Below, piece by piece: positions 10,997 to 19,428 of a DNA stretch of 64,000 bases (position 1 is its first letter; each line of letters begins with the position of its first letter). Source of the stretch: an uncultured Subdoligranulum sp. (lineage in GTDB: Bacteria; Bacillota; Clostridia; Christensenellales; CAG-314); assembly GCA_964612455.1 (NCBI GenBank), contig CAZTCB010000002.1, positions 13,809 to 77,808 on the forward strand. Reading direction: 5' to 3'. The position numbers and the translations under genes are program-made. The notes under the pieces were generated by a model, which searched no databases, was not told the DNA's origin, and worked only from the letters and a program-made list of their open reading frames with translations.

Positions 10997-12115
10997 ATGC
11001 TTTCTATGTTGGGCGTACCCGTTATCGATTTTAACGGCGACGTGTCCGGCAATCCTGCGGTCTCTATATTTGGCGTGGGCATTACTTACTACGCGCTGAT
11101 TATAGTCACCGGCATGGTATTGGCGATACTTTTAATAACCTATTTATTTAAAAAGTGCGGGCTTAATCCCGATGATGTCCTGGACTACGCAATAATACTT
11201 ATTCCTTGCGCGGTTTTGGGCTGTCGGTTGTATTTTTTCATGTTTCCTTACGAAGGGACTACGTCCGATTGGTCGGAGTTTTTCAACTTCCGCTCGGGCG
11301 GATTGGCGATTTACGGCGGAGTTATCGCCGGGTATATCGTCGTGAGGGTTGTTTCTTATTTTAAAATGCACAAATTTGAGCGCGTGGCGGATATAATAGC
11401 GGTCGGATTGTTGATGGCTCAGGCGATAGGGCGTTGGGGCAATTTCGTTAACCAGGAGGCATACGGAAACGTCGTGGACAACCCCGCGCTGCAATGGTTC
11501 CCTTACGCGGTACATATCGGTTCGTCGTATTATCAGGCGACGTTTTTCTACGAGTCGTTTTTAAACATTATCGGTGCGGTCGTCGCGTTTTTGTTAATCA
11601 CTCGGTGGAAAAATTACAAACGCGGCTTTAACCTTGCTTTTTACTTTATCTATTACGGCGTAGTGCGTCTTATCGTCGAAAGTTTCCGTTCGGACAGCCT
11701 CTATTTTTTTAACACGGGGATAAAGGTAAGTCAGCTCGTATCGGTCGTCCTTATCGCGATAGGAGCGGTGCGACTTGCGTTGATTTATAGCAAACTGGAT
11801 TTAAAAATCGACGCATGGTTTGCAAAAGTCTTAAAAACGCGCGAGCGGTTTGAACGCAATATAGAAAAAGCGCAGGCGAAAGCCGACAGATTGCAGAGTA
11901 ATGCGGACAAGCTCGCTCAAGAGTTGCCGGCGGATAGCAAACTCGTCCTTTCCGCCCGAAAAAAAGCCGATTACGCCATGTTGGACTTGATTAACGTCAA
12001 GAAAACCGTCAAGAGTTTTTACGACGATTATTACAGACACGGACTCGATTTAAAAACGTTGCAAATAGTAAGTAAACAAGAAAAAACGTTGCAACAAAGC
12101 ACGGAGGAAAAATAA
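10997..12115 (+). CDS. lgt: Prolipoprotein diacylglyceryl transferase with about 100-aa C-terminal extension
   Basis: GGLAIYGGVIAG and GRWGNFVNQEAYG motifs. The C-terminal tail is charged and helical. Confidence 0.9.
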   Translation: MLSMLGVPVIDFNGDVSGNPAVSIFGVGITYYALIIVTGMVLAILLITYLFKKCGLNPDDVLDYAIILIPCAVLGCRLYFFMFPYEGTTSDWSEFFNFRSGGLAIYGGVIAGYIVVRVVSYFKMHKFERVADIIAVGLLMAQAIGRWGNFVNQEAYGNVVDNPALQWFPYAVHIGSSYYQATFFYESFLNIIGAVVAFLLITRWKNYKRGFNLAFYFIYYGVVRLIVESFRSDSLYFFNTGIKVSQLVSVVLIAIGAVRLALIYSKLDLKIDAWFAKVLKTRERFERNIEKAQAKADRLQSNADKLAQELPADSKLVLSARKKADYAMLDLINVKKTVKSFYDDYYRHGLDLKTLQIVSKQEKTLQQSTEEK

Positions 12116-12117
12116 TA

Positions 12118-13554
12118 ATGGAACCGAGAAACCTTACGTTGTTGACCGATTATTACGAGTTGACGATGATGAACGGGTATTTCAGAAAAAATATGCGAAA
12201 CCGTACGGCGGTTTTCGATTTGTTCTTTCGCTCAAACGCAGAGAGCAATTACTGTCTGGCAGCAGGGCTCAGTCAGGCGTTGGATTATATAAAAAATCTT
12301 CACTTCGGCAAAGAAGAAATAGAGTATCTTCGCAGTACGGGTGAATTTAAAGATGACTTTTTGGATTATCTTGCCACGTTTAAGTTTACGGGGGATATTT
12401 ACGCGGTAGAGGAAGGTACCGTCGTTTTCCCTTACGAACCTTTATTGATTGTTAAGGCACCGATAATGGAAGCACAACTCGTCGAGTCGGCGTTGCTGAA
12501 TATCATGAATTTTCAAACGCTGATTGCGACTAAGGCAAGCAGAATAACCCGTGCCGCTTATCCCGGCAAAGTTATCGAGTTCGGGCTCAGGAGAGCGCAG
12601 GCACCGGACGCGGCGATTTACGGCGCGCGAGCGGCGATAATCGGCGGATGCAACAGCACGAGCAACGTTTTGGCGGCGCAGATGTTCGGTTATCCGCCAA
12701 AGGGTACTCATGCTCATAGCTGGATAATGTCTTTTCCGAGCGAGATAGACGCTTTCCGCGCTTATGCCGAAATTTATCCTAACAGTTGTTTATTGCTGGT
12801 CGATACTTACGACACTTTAAACAGCGGCATTCCCAACGCCATTACCGTATTTAAAGAAATGCGGGCAAAAGGTTTAAAACCTTCGGGAATCCGTCTTGAC
12901 AGCGGCGATTTGGCGTATTTGAGCAAAAAGGCGCGCCAGATGCTGGACGCAGAGGGCTTTAATGACGTCAAGATTTTCGCAGGAGGAGACCTTGACGAAT
13001 ACGTCGTCACCAGTCTTAACCTTCAGGGTGCAAAAATCGACTTGTACGGAATAGGTACGAAACTAATCACGAGCTTTACCAATCCGAGCCTCGGCGGCGT
13101 TTACAAGTTGGCGGCTATCCAAGACGAAAACGGCATGCAACCCAAGATGAAAATAAGCGACAATCCCGAAAAGGTAACCAATCCCGGTGAAAAACGCATA
13201 TATAGATTCGTTAATAAAACCACGGGTAAAGCTATTGCCGACGTTATATGTCTTGCCGACGAAAAAATCGACGAAACGAAACCGTACACGTTGATTCATC
13301 CCGTAGACAGATGGAAGACCAAAGAGGTAAAAAACTTTACCGCAGTACCTTTGTATAAAAAAGTAGTAGAAAATGGCGTGCAAATATACGATTGCCCGCC
13401 GCTTGAGAGAGTCTGCCAACACGCTCGCGAGAGTCTCGACGGATTTTGGGAGGAGTACAAGCGCATAGAGAGACCGCAGTTGTACAAGGTCGATTTATCC
13501 GAAAAACTGTACGATTTAAAACAATCGATGCTTTCAAAATTGGGTAAACGTTAA
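12118..13554 (+). CDS. pncB: Nicotinate phosphoribosyltransferase
   Basis: LTDYYELTM N-terminus, GTHAHSW motif, about 480 aa. Confidence 0.9.
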   Translation: MEPRNLTLLTDYYELTMMNGYFRKNMRNRTAVFDLFFRSNAESNYCLAAGLSQALDYIKNLHFGKEEIEYLRSTGEFKDDFLDYLATFKFTGDIYAVEEGTVVFPYEPLLIVKAPIMEAQLVESALLNIMNFQTLIATKASRITRAAYPGKVIEFGLRRAQAPDAAIYGARAAIIGGCNSTSNVLAAQMFGYPPKGTHAHSWIMSFPSEIDAFRAYAEIYPNSCLLLVDTYDTLNSGIPNAITVFKEMRAKGLKPSGIRLDSGDLAYLSKKARQMLDAEGFNDVKIFAGGDLDEYVVTSLNLQGAKIDLYGIGTKLITSFTNPSLGGVYKLAAIQDENGMQPKMKISDNPEKVTNPGEKRIYRFVNKTTGKAIADVICLADEKIDETKPYTLIHPVDRWKTKEVKNFTAVPLYKKVVENGVQIYDCPPLERVCQHARESLDGFWEEYKRIERPQLYKVDLSEKLYDLKQSMLSKLGKR

Positions 13555-13569
13555 AGTCGAAGGTGAACG

Positions 13570-14031
13570 ATGATTTGCATTAAACAAGTAAAAAAAGAAG
13601 TTATCTTGGATTTGGCTTTGTCTTGCGGACAGGATTATTTTATTGCAGCCGATGAAAAAATCGGTACAATCCATGTCGCGTATTTCGATGATGACGGCAG
13701 TGTCGTCGGGTGTCTGTCGATGTCCGTCACGGCAAAGACCTGTTTCGAGTCGATACCGCAATACAAGATAGACGGTATAGCGGTTAAAGAAAACAAGCAA
13801 AACGGCGGTATAGGCTTTGCGTTGTTAAAGATGGCGGAGTTTATCGCGCTCAACAATCAAGTCGGTTGCGTGTGGCTCGATAGCAACGCCGCGTTTGCCG
13901 GTTACTTTAAAAAACACGGGTACTCGATGCAAACCGTAGCTCACGCGCTCGTTAAATACCCCGAGGATCATTGTTGCTCGTCATGCGTCGATTGCAGTCA
14001 AAATAACGTTTGCAGCATTAAGCATGAGTGA
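13570..14031 (+). CDS. GNAT-family N-acetyltransferase (Cys-rich C-terminus)
   Basis: VKENKQNGGIGFALL acetyl-CoA-binding-like motif. Confidence 0.6.
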   Translation: MICIKQVKKEVILDLALSCGQDYFIAADEKIGTIHVAYFDDDGSVVGCLSMSVTAKTCFESIPQYKIDGIAVKENKQNGGIGFALLKMAEFIALNNQVGCVWLDSNAAFAGYFKKHGYSMQTVAHALVKYPEDHCCSSCVDCSQNNVCSIKHE

Positions 14032-14032
14032 T

Positions 14033-14278
14033 TTAATTTTCAAGGTCGAGATTTTCGGCAAAAAAAGCTTTGTCGTCGATAAACTCGCTCGGGGTTACTC
14101 CGAGACCGTTGGCTAACAAAATAACAGTCTTTAAACTGATGCCTTTAGTGCGTCTTTGCATTATACTTTTTATAGTGGCAAACGGAACACCCGAAACCTG
14201 AGCGAGTTTGTATTGAGTCATATCGTCATCCATGTATTTATAAAGCCTTTCGACGACGGCGTCGTTTAATGTTTTCAT
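14033..14278 (-). CDS. XRE-family helix-turn-helix transcriptional regulator
   Basis: 81-aa protein with an HTH_3-like core (MTQYKLAQVSGVPFATIKSIMQ). Confidence 0.75.
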   Translation of the reverse strand: MKTLNDAVVERLYKYMDDDMTQYKLAQVSGVPFATIKSIMQRRTKGISLKTVILLANGLGVTPSEFIDDKAFFAENLDLEN

Positions 14279-14373
14279 AACTTTTTTCTCCGTCGTTAGT
14301 TTGCTTAAAAAACATCAAAATATGTGTGTGTCTGAAAACCTTTTTGCTATCGATTACAATAGGAGAAAAAACA

Positions 14374-15000
14374 ATGGATAAAAATGAATATACGATTCGT
14401 CGGGAAAGACAAGAAGATCATCGGGAGGTTGAAAACCTCGTGAGAGAGGCGTTTTACAACGTTTATCGTCCCGGTTGTCTCGAGCACTACGTTTTAAATC
14501 AATTGCGAGACAATACCGATTTTATCGCTCAACTCGATTTCGTGTTAGAAAAAGACGGAAAAATCATCGGACAAAACGTATTCGTTAACGCAACGGTGAG
14601 AGCCGACGACGGCAAATCTATCCCCGTCGCCACGATGGGACCTATCTGTATCGCGCCGGAGTTAAGAGGGCAGGGCTACGGAAAAATCTTGCTGGACTTT
14701 ACTTTGGATAGAGCCAAGGAGTACGGCGTCAAAGCCGTCTTGTTTGAGGGTGATATCGGTTTTTACGGCAAAAGCGGTTTCGATTACGCAAGCAAATTCG
14801 GTATTCGTTATCACGGATTGCCGGAGGGTGCAGACGATTCGTTTTTTCTTTGCAAAGAGTTGGAAAAAGGTTTTTTCGACGGAGTAACGGGAGAATACGC
14901 TACGCCTAAATGTTATTTTGTGGACGAAGCGGACGCGGAGGAATTTGACAAAACTTTTCCCGCAAAAGAAAAATTGAAACTAAAAGGACAGATTTTTTAA
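14374..15000 (+). CDS. GNAT-family N-acetyltransferase (YhbS-like)
   Basis: IAPELRGQGYGKILL motif. The ATG at 14374 is preceded by AGGAGA. Confidence 0.75.
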   Translation: MDKNEYTIRRERQEDHREVENLVREAFYNVYRPGCLEHYVLNQLRDNTDFIAQLDFVLEKDGKIIGQNVFVNATVRADDGKSIPVATMGPICIAPELRGQGYGKILLDFTLDRAKEYGVKAVLFEGDIGFYGKSGFDYASKFGIRYHGLPEGADDSFFLCKELEKGFFDGVTGEYATPKCYFVDEADAEEFDKTFPAKEKLKLKGQIF

Positions 15001-15048
15001 TAAAGAAATCGATAAACGTAAAAAGTCCTTCACGATTGATTAAATCGA

Positions 15049-15077
15049 TTGACATGAAAAGTGCGACATGGTATAAT
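15049..15077 (+). promoter_or_regulatory. Sigma-A promoter driving the Mn2+ riboswitch/mntP
   Basis: TTGACA, 17 nt spacer, TGgTATAAT (extended -10). Confidence 0.6.
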
Positions 15078-15083
15078 ACCGTT

Positions 15084-15268
15084 GTTCCGTGAGGGAGTAG
15101 TAACCGTTTGTTTGAGACGGAACAAGTCAACATACTGATCGTTTTTTTCGGTCTGGCTTGTTTTAATTTACGAGACTTGCGTAGAGCTATAGCGGCTGTG
15201 CGTTGGTGGAGTTTATCGTGTGTCGACAAACCCGAGTATAGCGTATTATACTCGGGTTTATTTTTTTG
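15084..15268 (+). promoter_or_regulatory. yybP-ykoY (Mn2+) riboswitch with terminator expression platform
   Basis: Conserved GAGGGAGTAG...TTGAGAC...CAACATAC core. It is followed by the AAACCCGAGTATA/TATACTCGGGTTT hairpin plus a T-run, immediately upstream of mntP. Confidence 0.75.
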
Positions 15269-15287
15269 CTGGAGGATAAAAACGGCA

Positions 15288-15869
15288 ATGTGGAACTTTA
15301 CTTATTTTTTCAACAACGTTTTGCTCGGAGTCGGGTTGGCGATGGACGCTTTTACCGTGTCGCTTGCCAACGGGCTTAACGAAAAGGACATGAATAAAGC
15401 AAAAACTTGCGGTATTGCGGGGATATTTGCTTTCTTTCAGGCGCTTATGCCGATGGTTGGCTGGGTGTGCGTACATACGATTTTAACGTATTTTCAGGCA
15501 TTTGAACGCTTTATCCCTTGGATTGCGTTGGTGTTGCTTGTTTTTATCGGTGGCAAAATGCTGATAGAAGGTATACGCAACAAAGGCGACGAAGAACCTA
15601 CCAAAGTCGGCATACTTGCTTTGTTGGTGCAGGGAGTGGCTACGTCGATAGACGCGCTTTCCGTCGGATTTACGATTGCCGAATACGATTTTTTAATGGC
15701 TTTCGTCGCCGCGATGATTATTGCCGCGGTAACTTTTGCCATATGTATGCTCGGGCTGTTTATAGGTAAAAAATTCGGTACGAAACTTGCGGGCAAAGCG
15801 ACGATTTTGGGCGGAATAATACTAATCGGGATAGGCGTAGAAATATTTTTAACGGGCATCTTGGGTTAA
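15288..15869 (+). CDS. mntP: Manganese efflux pump MntP
   Basis: Duplicated DAF/DAL motif halves (GLAMDAFTVSLANG and ATSIDALSVGF), six TM helices, riboswitch upstream. The longer ORF-track start at 15108 would run through the riboswitch. Confidence 0.85.
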   Translation: MWNFTYFFNNVLLGVGLAMDAFTVSLANGLNEKDMNKAKTCGIAGIFAFFQALMPMVGWVCVHTILTYFQAFERFIPWIALVLLVFIGGKMLIEGIRNKGDEEPTKVGILALLVQGVATSIDALSVGFTIAEYDFLMAFVAAMIIAAVTFAICMLGLFIGKKFGTKLAGKATILGGIILIGIGVEIFLTGILG

Positions 15870-16087
15870 CGTTTTACTGTCGCAGTATTTAAATATAATT
15901 GCCAAAAAGGCTGTTTAAGTCGTCAATCAGCGCGTTTAAGTCGCCAATGCGGCGATTTTGTCCGAGAGGGGTTTATTGAAAGCGATTATCGCGAAATAAA
16001 ACTCGGGCTTGCGTTTTTTTAAAAAGCATGGTAAAATATTTTAAAAGCGGTAATTGTCGTTACCGAAAAAAACAAGGAGTATTGACA

Positions 16088-16498
16088 ATGAAAGACGATT
16101 GCATATTTTGTAAAATAATCAAAGGTGAAATTCCGTCGTTTAAAATTTATGAGGACGAAAAGACGTATGCGTTTTTGGATATCAAACGCGACGTGGTCGG
16201 GCATACGCTCGTTATCCCCAAGAAACATTTTGTTAACCTTCTCGATTGCGACGACGAATACCTGACCGCCGTAATGGATACGGTCAAAAAAATTTCACGT
16301 CATTATACGGAAAATTGCGGTTTTAGCGGCGTTAATCTCATCAATTGCAGCGGACTCAGCGCGCAACAATCGGTATTTCACTTTCACGTCCACGTTATTC
16401 CCCGCCGTGACGACGACGGATTAAACCTGTGGCCTCTCGGCGACGGCGACGAAAACATGGATTTGGAGCAGGTAAAAAAAGCGTTGGAGATAAAGTAA
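16088..16498 (+). CDS. HIT-family (histidine triad) nucleotide hydrolase
   Basis: CIFCKI N-terminus and HFHVHVIP triad. AAGGAG RBS before the ATG at 16088. Confidence 0.9.
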   Translation: MKDDCIFCKIIKGEIPSFKIYEDEKTYAFLDIKRDVVGHTLVIPKKHFVNLLDCDDEYLTAVMDTVKKISRHYTENCGFSGVNLINCSGLSAQQSVFHFHVHVIPRRDDDGLNLWPLGDGDENMDLEQVKKALEIK

Positions 16499-16523
16499 CC
16501 GACGTTTAATCGGGTACGCTTGA

Positions 16524-16564
16524 CGGTAAAAGTCGTTTGTTATTCGACTTTTACCGCGTTTTCG
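16524..16564 (+). terminator. Intrinsic terminator after the HIT gene
   Basis: CGGTAAAAGTCG/CGACTTTTACCG stem followed by a T-rich tract. Confidence 0.55.
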
Positions 16565-16603
16565 TGCAATTTTTTTAATGCTGTGTTATTAATAAAAAAG
16601 AAA

Positions 16604-17044
16604 ATGAATAATACGTTGATTAGACCGATAGGCGAAAGAGACAGGACGCGAGTCGTCGAAATGATGAGGGAGTTTTACTCGTCGGAGATGGTTTTTACCG
16701 ACGGTTCCGACGAAATATTCAACGCGGATATAGACGCTTGTATAGGCGACTGTCCGTTTGTCGAAGGCTACGTTTTTGAAAGCGACGGCGTTTTGCAAGG
16801 GTACGCTATGATTGCAAAGAGTTTTTCCACCGAGTTCGGCAAAAAGTGCATATGGCTCGAGGATATATTTATCGGTGAAAAATACAGGGGACTCGGCATA
16901 GGAAGTCGTTTTTTGCGTTATATAGAGGAAAAATACCCCGATTCCGTCTTTCGTCTCGAGGTGGAGACTGAAAATGCTCGTGCCGTACACGTCTATAAAA
17001 AATGCGGTTACGGCGTCCTCCCGTATATGGAAATGAAAAAATAA
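16604..17044 (+). CDS. GNAT-family N-acetyltransferase
   Basis: IGEKYRGLGIGSRFL motif. The start at 16604 lies downstream of the terminator. Confidence 0.75.
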   Translation: MNNTLIRPIGERDRTRVVEMMREFYSSEMVFTDGSDEIFNADIDACIGDCPFVEGYVFESDGVLQGYAMIAKSFSTEFGKKCIWLEDIFIGEKYRGLGIGSRFLRYIEEKYPDSVFRLEVETENARAVHVYKKCGYGVLPYMEMKK

Positions 17045-17085
17045 CTCGGCAAAAGTCTTTTGTCAAGTTGACGAAGCCATGTCGA

Positions 17086-17242
17086 CGGAGCCGAGCCAAG
17101 CGACGGAATAGCGATTGTTACCATTAGGTCAATCGCGTCACCCAAGGGGTGAGATTTCCCGATTGCGCGAAAAAAAGTAAATAAAAAGCACTCGTCAAAA
17201 AAAAGTAACGAGTGCTTAATGTGGCACCTCCAAGGGGAATCG
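17086..17242. repeat. Tandem repeat copy 1 (157 bp): last 21 nt of tRNA-Glu plus 136 bp of its downstream flank
   Basis: Aligns with 17259-17415 with 2 substitutions and two A-run length swaps (7/8 versus 8/7). Confidence 0.9.
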
Positions 17243-17258
17243 TAAGGAGCCCCGCTAT

Positions 17259-17415
17259 CGGAGCCGAGCTAAGCGACGGAATAGCGATTGCTACCATTAG
17301 GTCAATCGCGTCACCCAAGGGGTGAGATTTCCCGATTGCGCGAAAAAAAAGTAAATAAAAAGCACTCGTCAAAAAAAGTAACGAGTGCTTAATGTGGCAC
17401 CTCCAAGGGGAATCG
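17259..17415. repeat. Tandem repeat copy 2 (157 bp), contiguous with the intact tRNA-Glu
   Basis: Same as copy 1. Period is 173 bp. A 16-bp spacer (TAAGGAGCCCCGCTAT) separates the copies. Confidence 0.9.
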
Positions 17416-17469
17416 AACCCCTGACTTCGCCGTGAGAGGGCGGCGTCCTAACCGCTAGACTATGGAGGC
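17395..17469 (-). tRNA. tRNA-Glu (anticodon CUC)
   Basis: Hand-folded cloverleaf: 7-bp acceptor stem (G1-U72 wobble), CTCTCAC anticodon loop, GGGG/TTCGATT/CCCC T-arm, encoded CCA. Confidence 0.85.
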
Positions 17470-17693
17470 ATACGCCAAAGCTCTATTAATGTACCACAAA
17501 ACAAAAAAAATAGCAAGTTTTTTAAACAAACTTTTTAATAATTATTTTTGCATTTTAAAAAGCCGTTAAATTCTCTTTTGTCCGTTGCTTTTTACCTCGA
17601 TGCGGATTAAAGCCAAACTTTAAATTAAAATATACATGCATTAAAATATTCGCTAAAACCGTTGTAAAGTTGCGTATTTTATGCTAAAATAAT

Positions 17694-18089
17694 ATGATGA
17701 ATAATGTCGTACTTGACCGAGATGTCGTAAAGACCTACAATCCTATCGTGCTTGCATTTGTCGGCGATGCCGTGCATACTCTTTTCGTTCGCCAAAATTT
17801 AGCCGTCAATAGCGATTTTAAGTCGGGAGAATTGCATAAACGTGCCAAAAACGTCGTTTGCGCAACGCATCAAAGCAAAATGGCGGAAAGTGTTTTGCCC
17901 GACTTGACGGAAGACGAAAGAGACGTGTTTTTCAGAGCAAGAAACGCGCATGTCAAGAGCGTTGCGAAAAACGCAACGCTGACGGATTATAAAAAAGCGA
18001 GCGGATTGGAGGCTGTTTTCGGCTTTCTTTACCTTACGGGACAGTACGAGCGGTTGCAACAACTTTTAAAAATCGGAGAAGAACAATGA
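17694..18089 (+). CDS. mrnC: Mini-ribonuclease 3
   Basis: LAFVGDAVHTLFVR motif, about 130 aa, upstream of rlmB-sigH as in other Firmicutes. Confidence 0.85.
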   Translation: MMNNVVLDRDVVKTYNPIVLAFVGDAVHTLFVRQNLAVNSDFKSGELHKRAKNVVCATHQSKMAESVLPDLTEDERDVFFRARNAHVKSVAKNATLTDYKKASGLEAVFGFLYLTGQYERLQQLLKIGEEQ

Positions 18090-18802
18090 ATATAGAGGGA
18101 AGAAACGCCGTACTCGAGGCGTTAAAAAGCGATACTACTTTTGAGTCGCTGTTGGTCGAAAAAGGCATGCAGCACAATATCGTTGCAATGGCGCGCGCCA
18201 AGGGTGTAAAAGTTCAATACGTAGACAAATCGGTTCTCGATAAAATCAGCGTAACGAAAAAACATCAGGGTTTTATCGGAAAGATAACCGATTTTGAGTA
18301 CTGCGACGTCGAAGATATTTTAAACCTTGCCAGACAAAGGGGCGAAGACGCTTTCGTCGTGGTGCTCGACGGGGTAGAAGATCCCCACAATCTCGGGAGT
18401 ATTTTGCGCGTTTGCGAGTGTGCCGGAGTACACGGTGTGATTATTCCCAAAAACCGCGCAGTCGGCGTAAACGAAACCGTGATAAAAACGTCTGTCGGCG
18501 CAACTCAGCACATGTCGGTTGCTCGCGTGTCCAATCTCAGCAATGCGGTTGCCGATTTAAAGCGCGCGGGGCTTTGGGTTTACGCCGCCGACATGGACGG
18601 ACAGGATATTTATTCTACCGACCTCAAGGGAAAAATCTGTCTCGTCGTTGGAGGAGAGGGCAAAGGCGTCGGTAAACTACTCAAAGAAAACTGCGACGGC
18701 GTGGTTGCGTTGCCTTTAAAGGGCAAGGTCAATAGTTTAAACGCCTCGGTCGCGTGCGGTGTCGTCGTTTACGAAGCACTACGTCAACGCCTTAAAGGTT
18801 AA
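18086..18802 (+). CDS. rlmB: 23S rRNA (guanosine-2'-O)-methyltransferase, TrmH/SpoU family
   Basis: SpoU motifs (EDPHNLGSILR, LVVGGEGKG, LNASVA). ATGA overlap with mrnC. Confidence 0.85.
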   Translation: MNIEGRNAVLEALKSDTTFESLLVEKGMQHNIVAMARAKGVKVQYVDKSVLDKISVTKKHQGFIGKITDFEYCDVEDILNLARQRGEDAFVVVLDGVEDPHNLGSILRVCECAGVHGVIIPKNRAVGVNETVIKTSVGATQHMSVARVSNLSNAVADLKRAGLWVYAADMDGQDIYSTDLKGKICLVVGGEGKGVGKLLKENCDGVVALPLKGKVNSLNASVACGVVVYEALRQRLKG

Positions 18803-18807
18803 ATCAA

Positions 18808-19407
18808 ATGAAAAAAGACAAAGACGCAACGGATTTATTCGTGCTCGAAGAAACGCTTGACGTCAAAGATTTGACGGACGAGACCATATTGGCGGCGCGA
18901 GACGGCGATCAGAATGCGATGGAAAAAGTTTTTGTCGCATACAAAAGTATGGTGCGCGGACTTGCTAACAGCTATTTTCTGGTCGGCGGCGATAAAGAAG
19001 ATTTGCTGCAAGAGGGAATGTACGGTTTATACAAAGCCGTGCGTGATTTTAAGATGGGCAAAACTTCCTTCGGTACGTTTGCACACACTTGCATATCGCG
19101 ACAGATTATCAACGCGGTCAAACGTTACTCGGCGTATAAAAACAAACCGTTGGCGGATTTCGTTTCTTTGGACGAAATCGCCGCTACGGAGTTGGTTTCG
19201 GACAGCGATCCGCTTGAAGAAACGATAGAAAGAGAGTTTAAATCCACGCTCGTCCAAAGGATACGGACTCGTTTGTCGCCTTTGGAGACCAAAGTTGTAG
19301 GATTGTTCGTCAAGGGTTATTCTTACGACGAAATCGCCGCTTTAATCGGCAAAAGCCCCAAAGCGGTAGACGGTGCGTTGCAACGCGCGCGAAAAAAACT
19401 TTGTTAA
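18808..19407 (+). CDS. sigH: RNA polymerase sigma factor SigH
   Basis: Colinear with B. subtilis SigH (SYFLVGGDKEDLLQEGMYGLYKAVRDF...CISRQIINAVK). Confidence 0.9.
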   Translation: MKKDKDATDLFVLEETLDVKDLTDETILAARDGDQNAMEKVFVAYKSMVRGLANSYFLVGGDKEDLLQEGMYGLYKAVRDFKMGKTSFGTFAHTCISRQIINAVKRYSAYKNKPLADFVSLDEIAATELVSDSDPLEETIEREFKSTLVQRIRTRLSPLETKVVGLFVKGYSYDEIAALIGKSPKAVDGALQRARKKLC

Positions 19408-19428
19408 CCACTAATACGGAGGACAGTC

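Noticed and set aside
15108-15287. N-terminally extended ORF-track starts: 15108 for mntP, 16028 for HIT, 16520 for GNAT, 14326 for GNAT, 24833, 33641, 36857, 39107, 50796 and 1904.
   Set aside because: In each case an internal ATG with a good Shine-Dalgarno sequence gives a protein starting at the family-typical N-terminus or signal peptide. The extension would also run through a riboswitch, terminator or upstream gene.
17124-17372. 82-aa minus-strand ORF spanning the tRNA-Glu tandem repeat.
   Set aside because: It is internally repeated only because it reads through the two DNA repeat copies. It also overlaps terminator hairpins and has no RBS.
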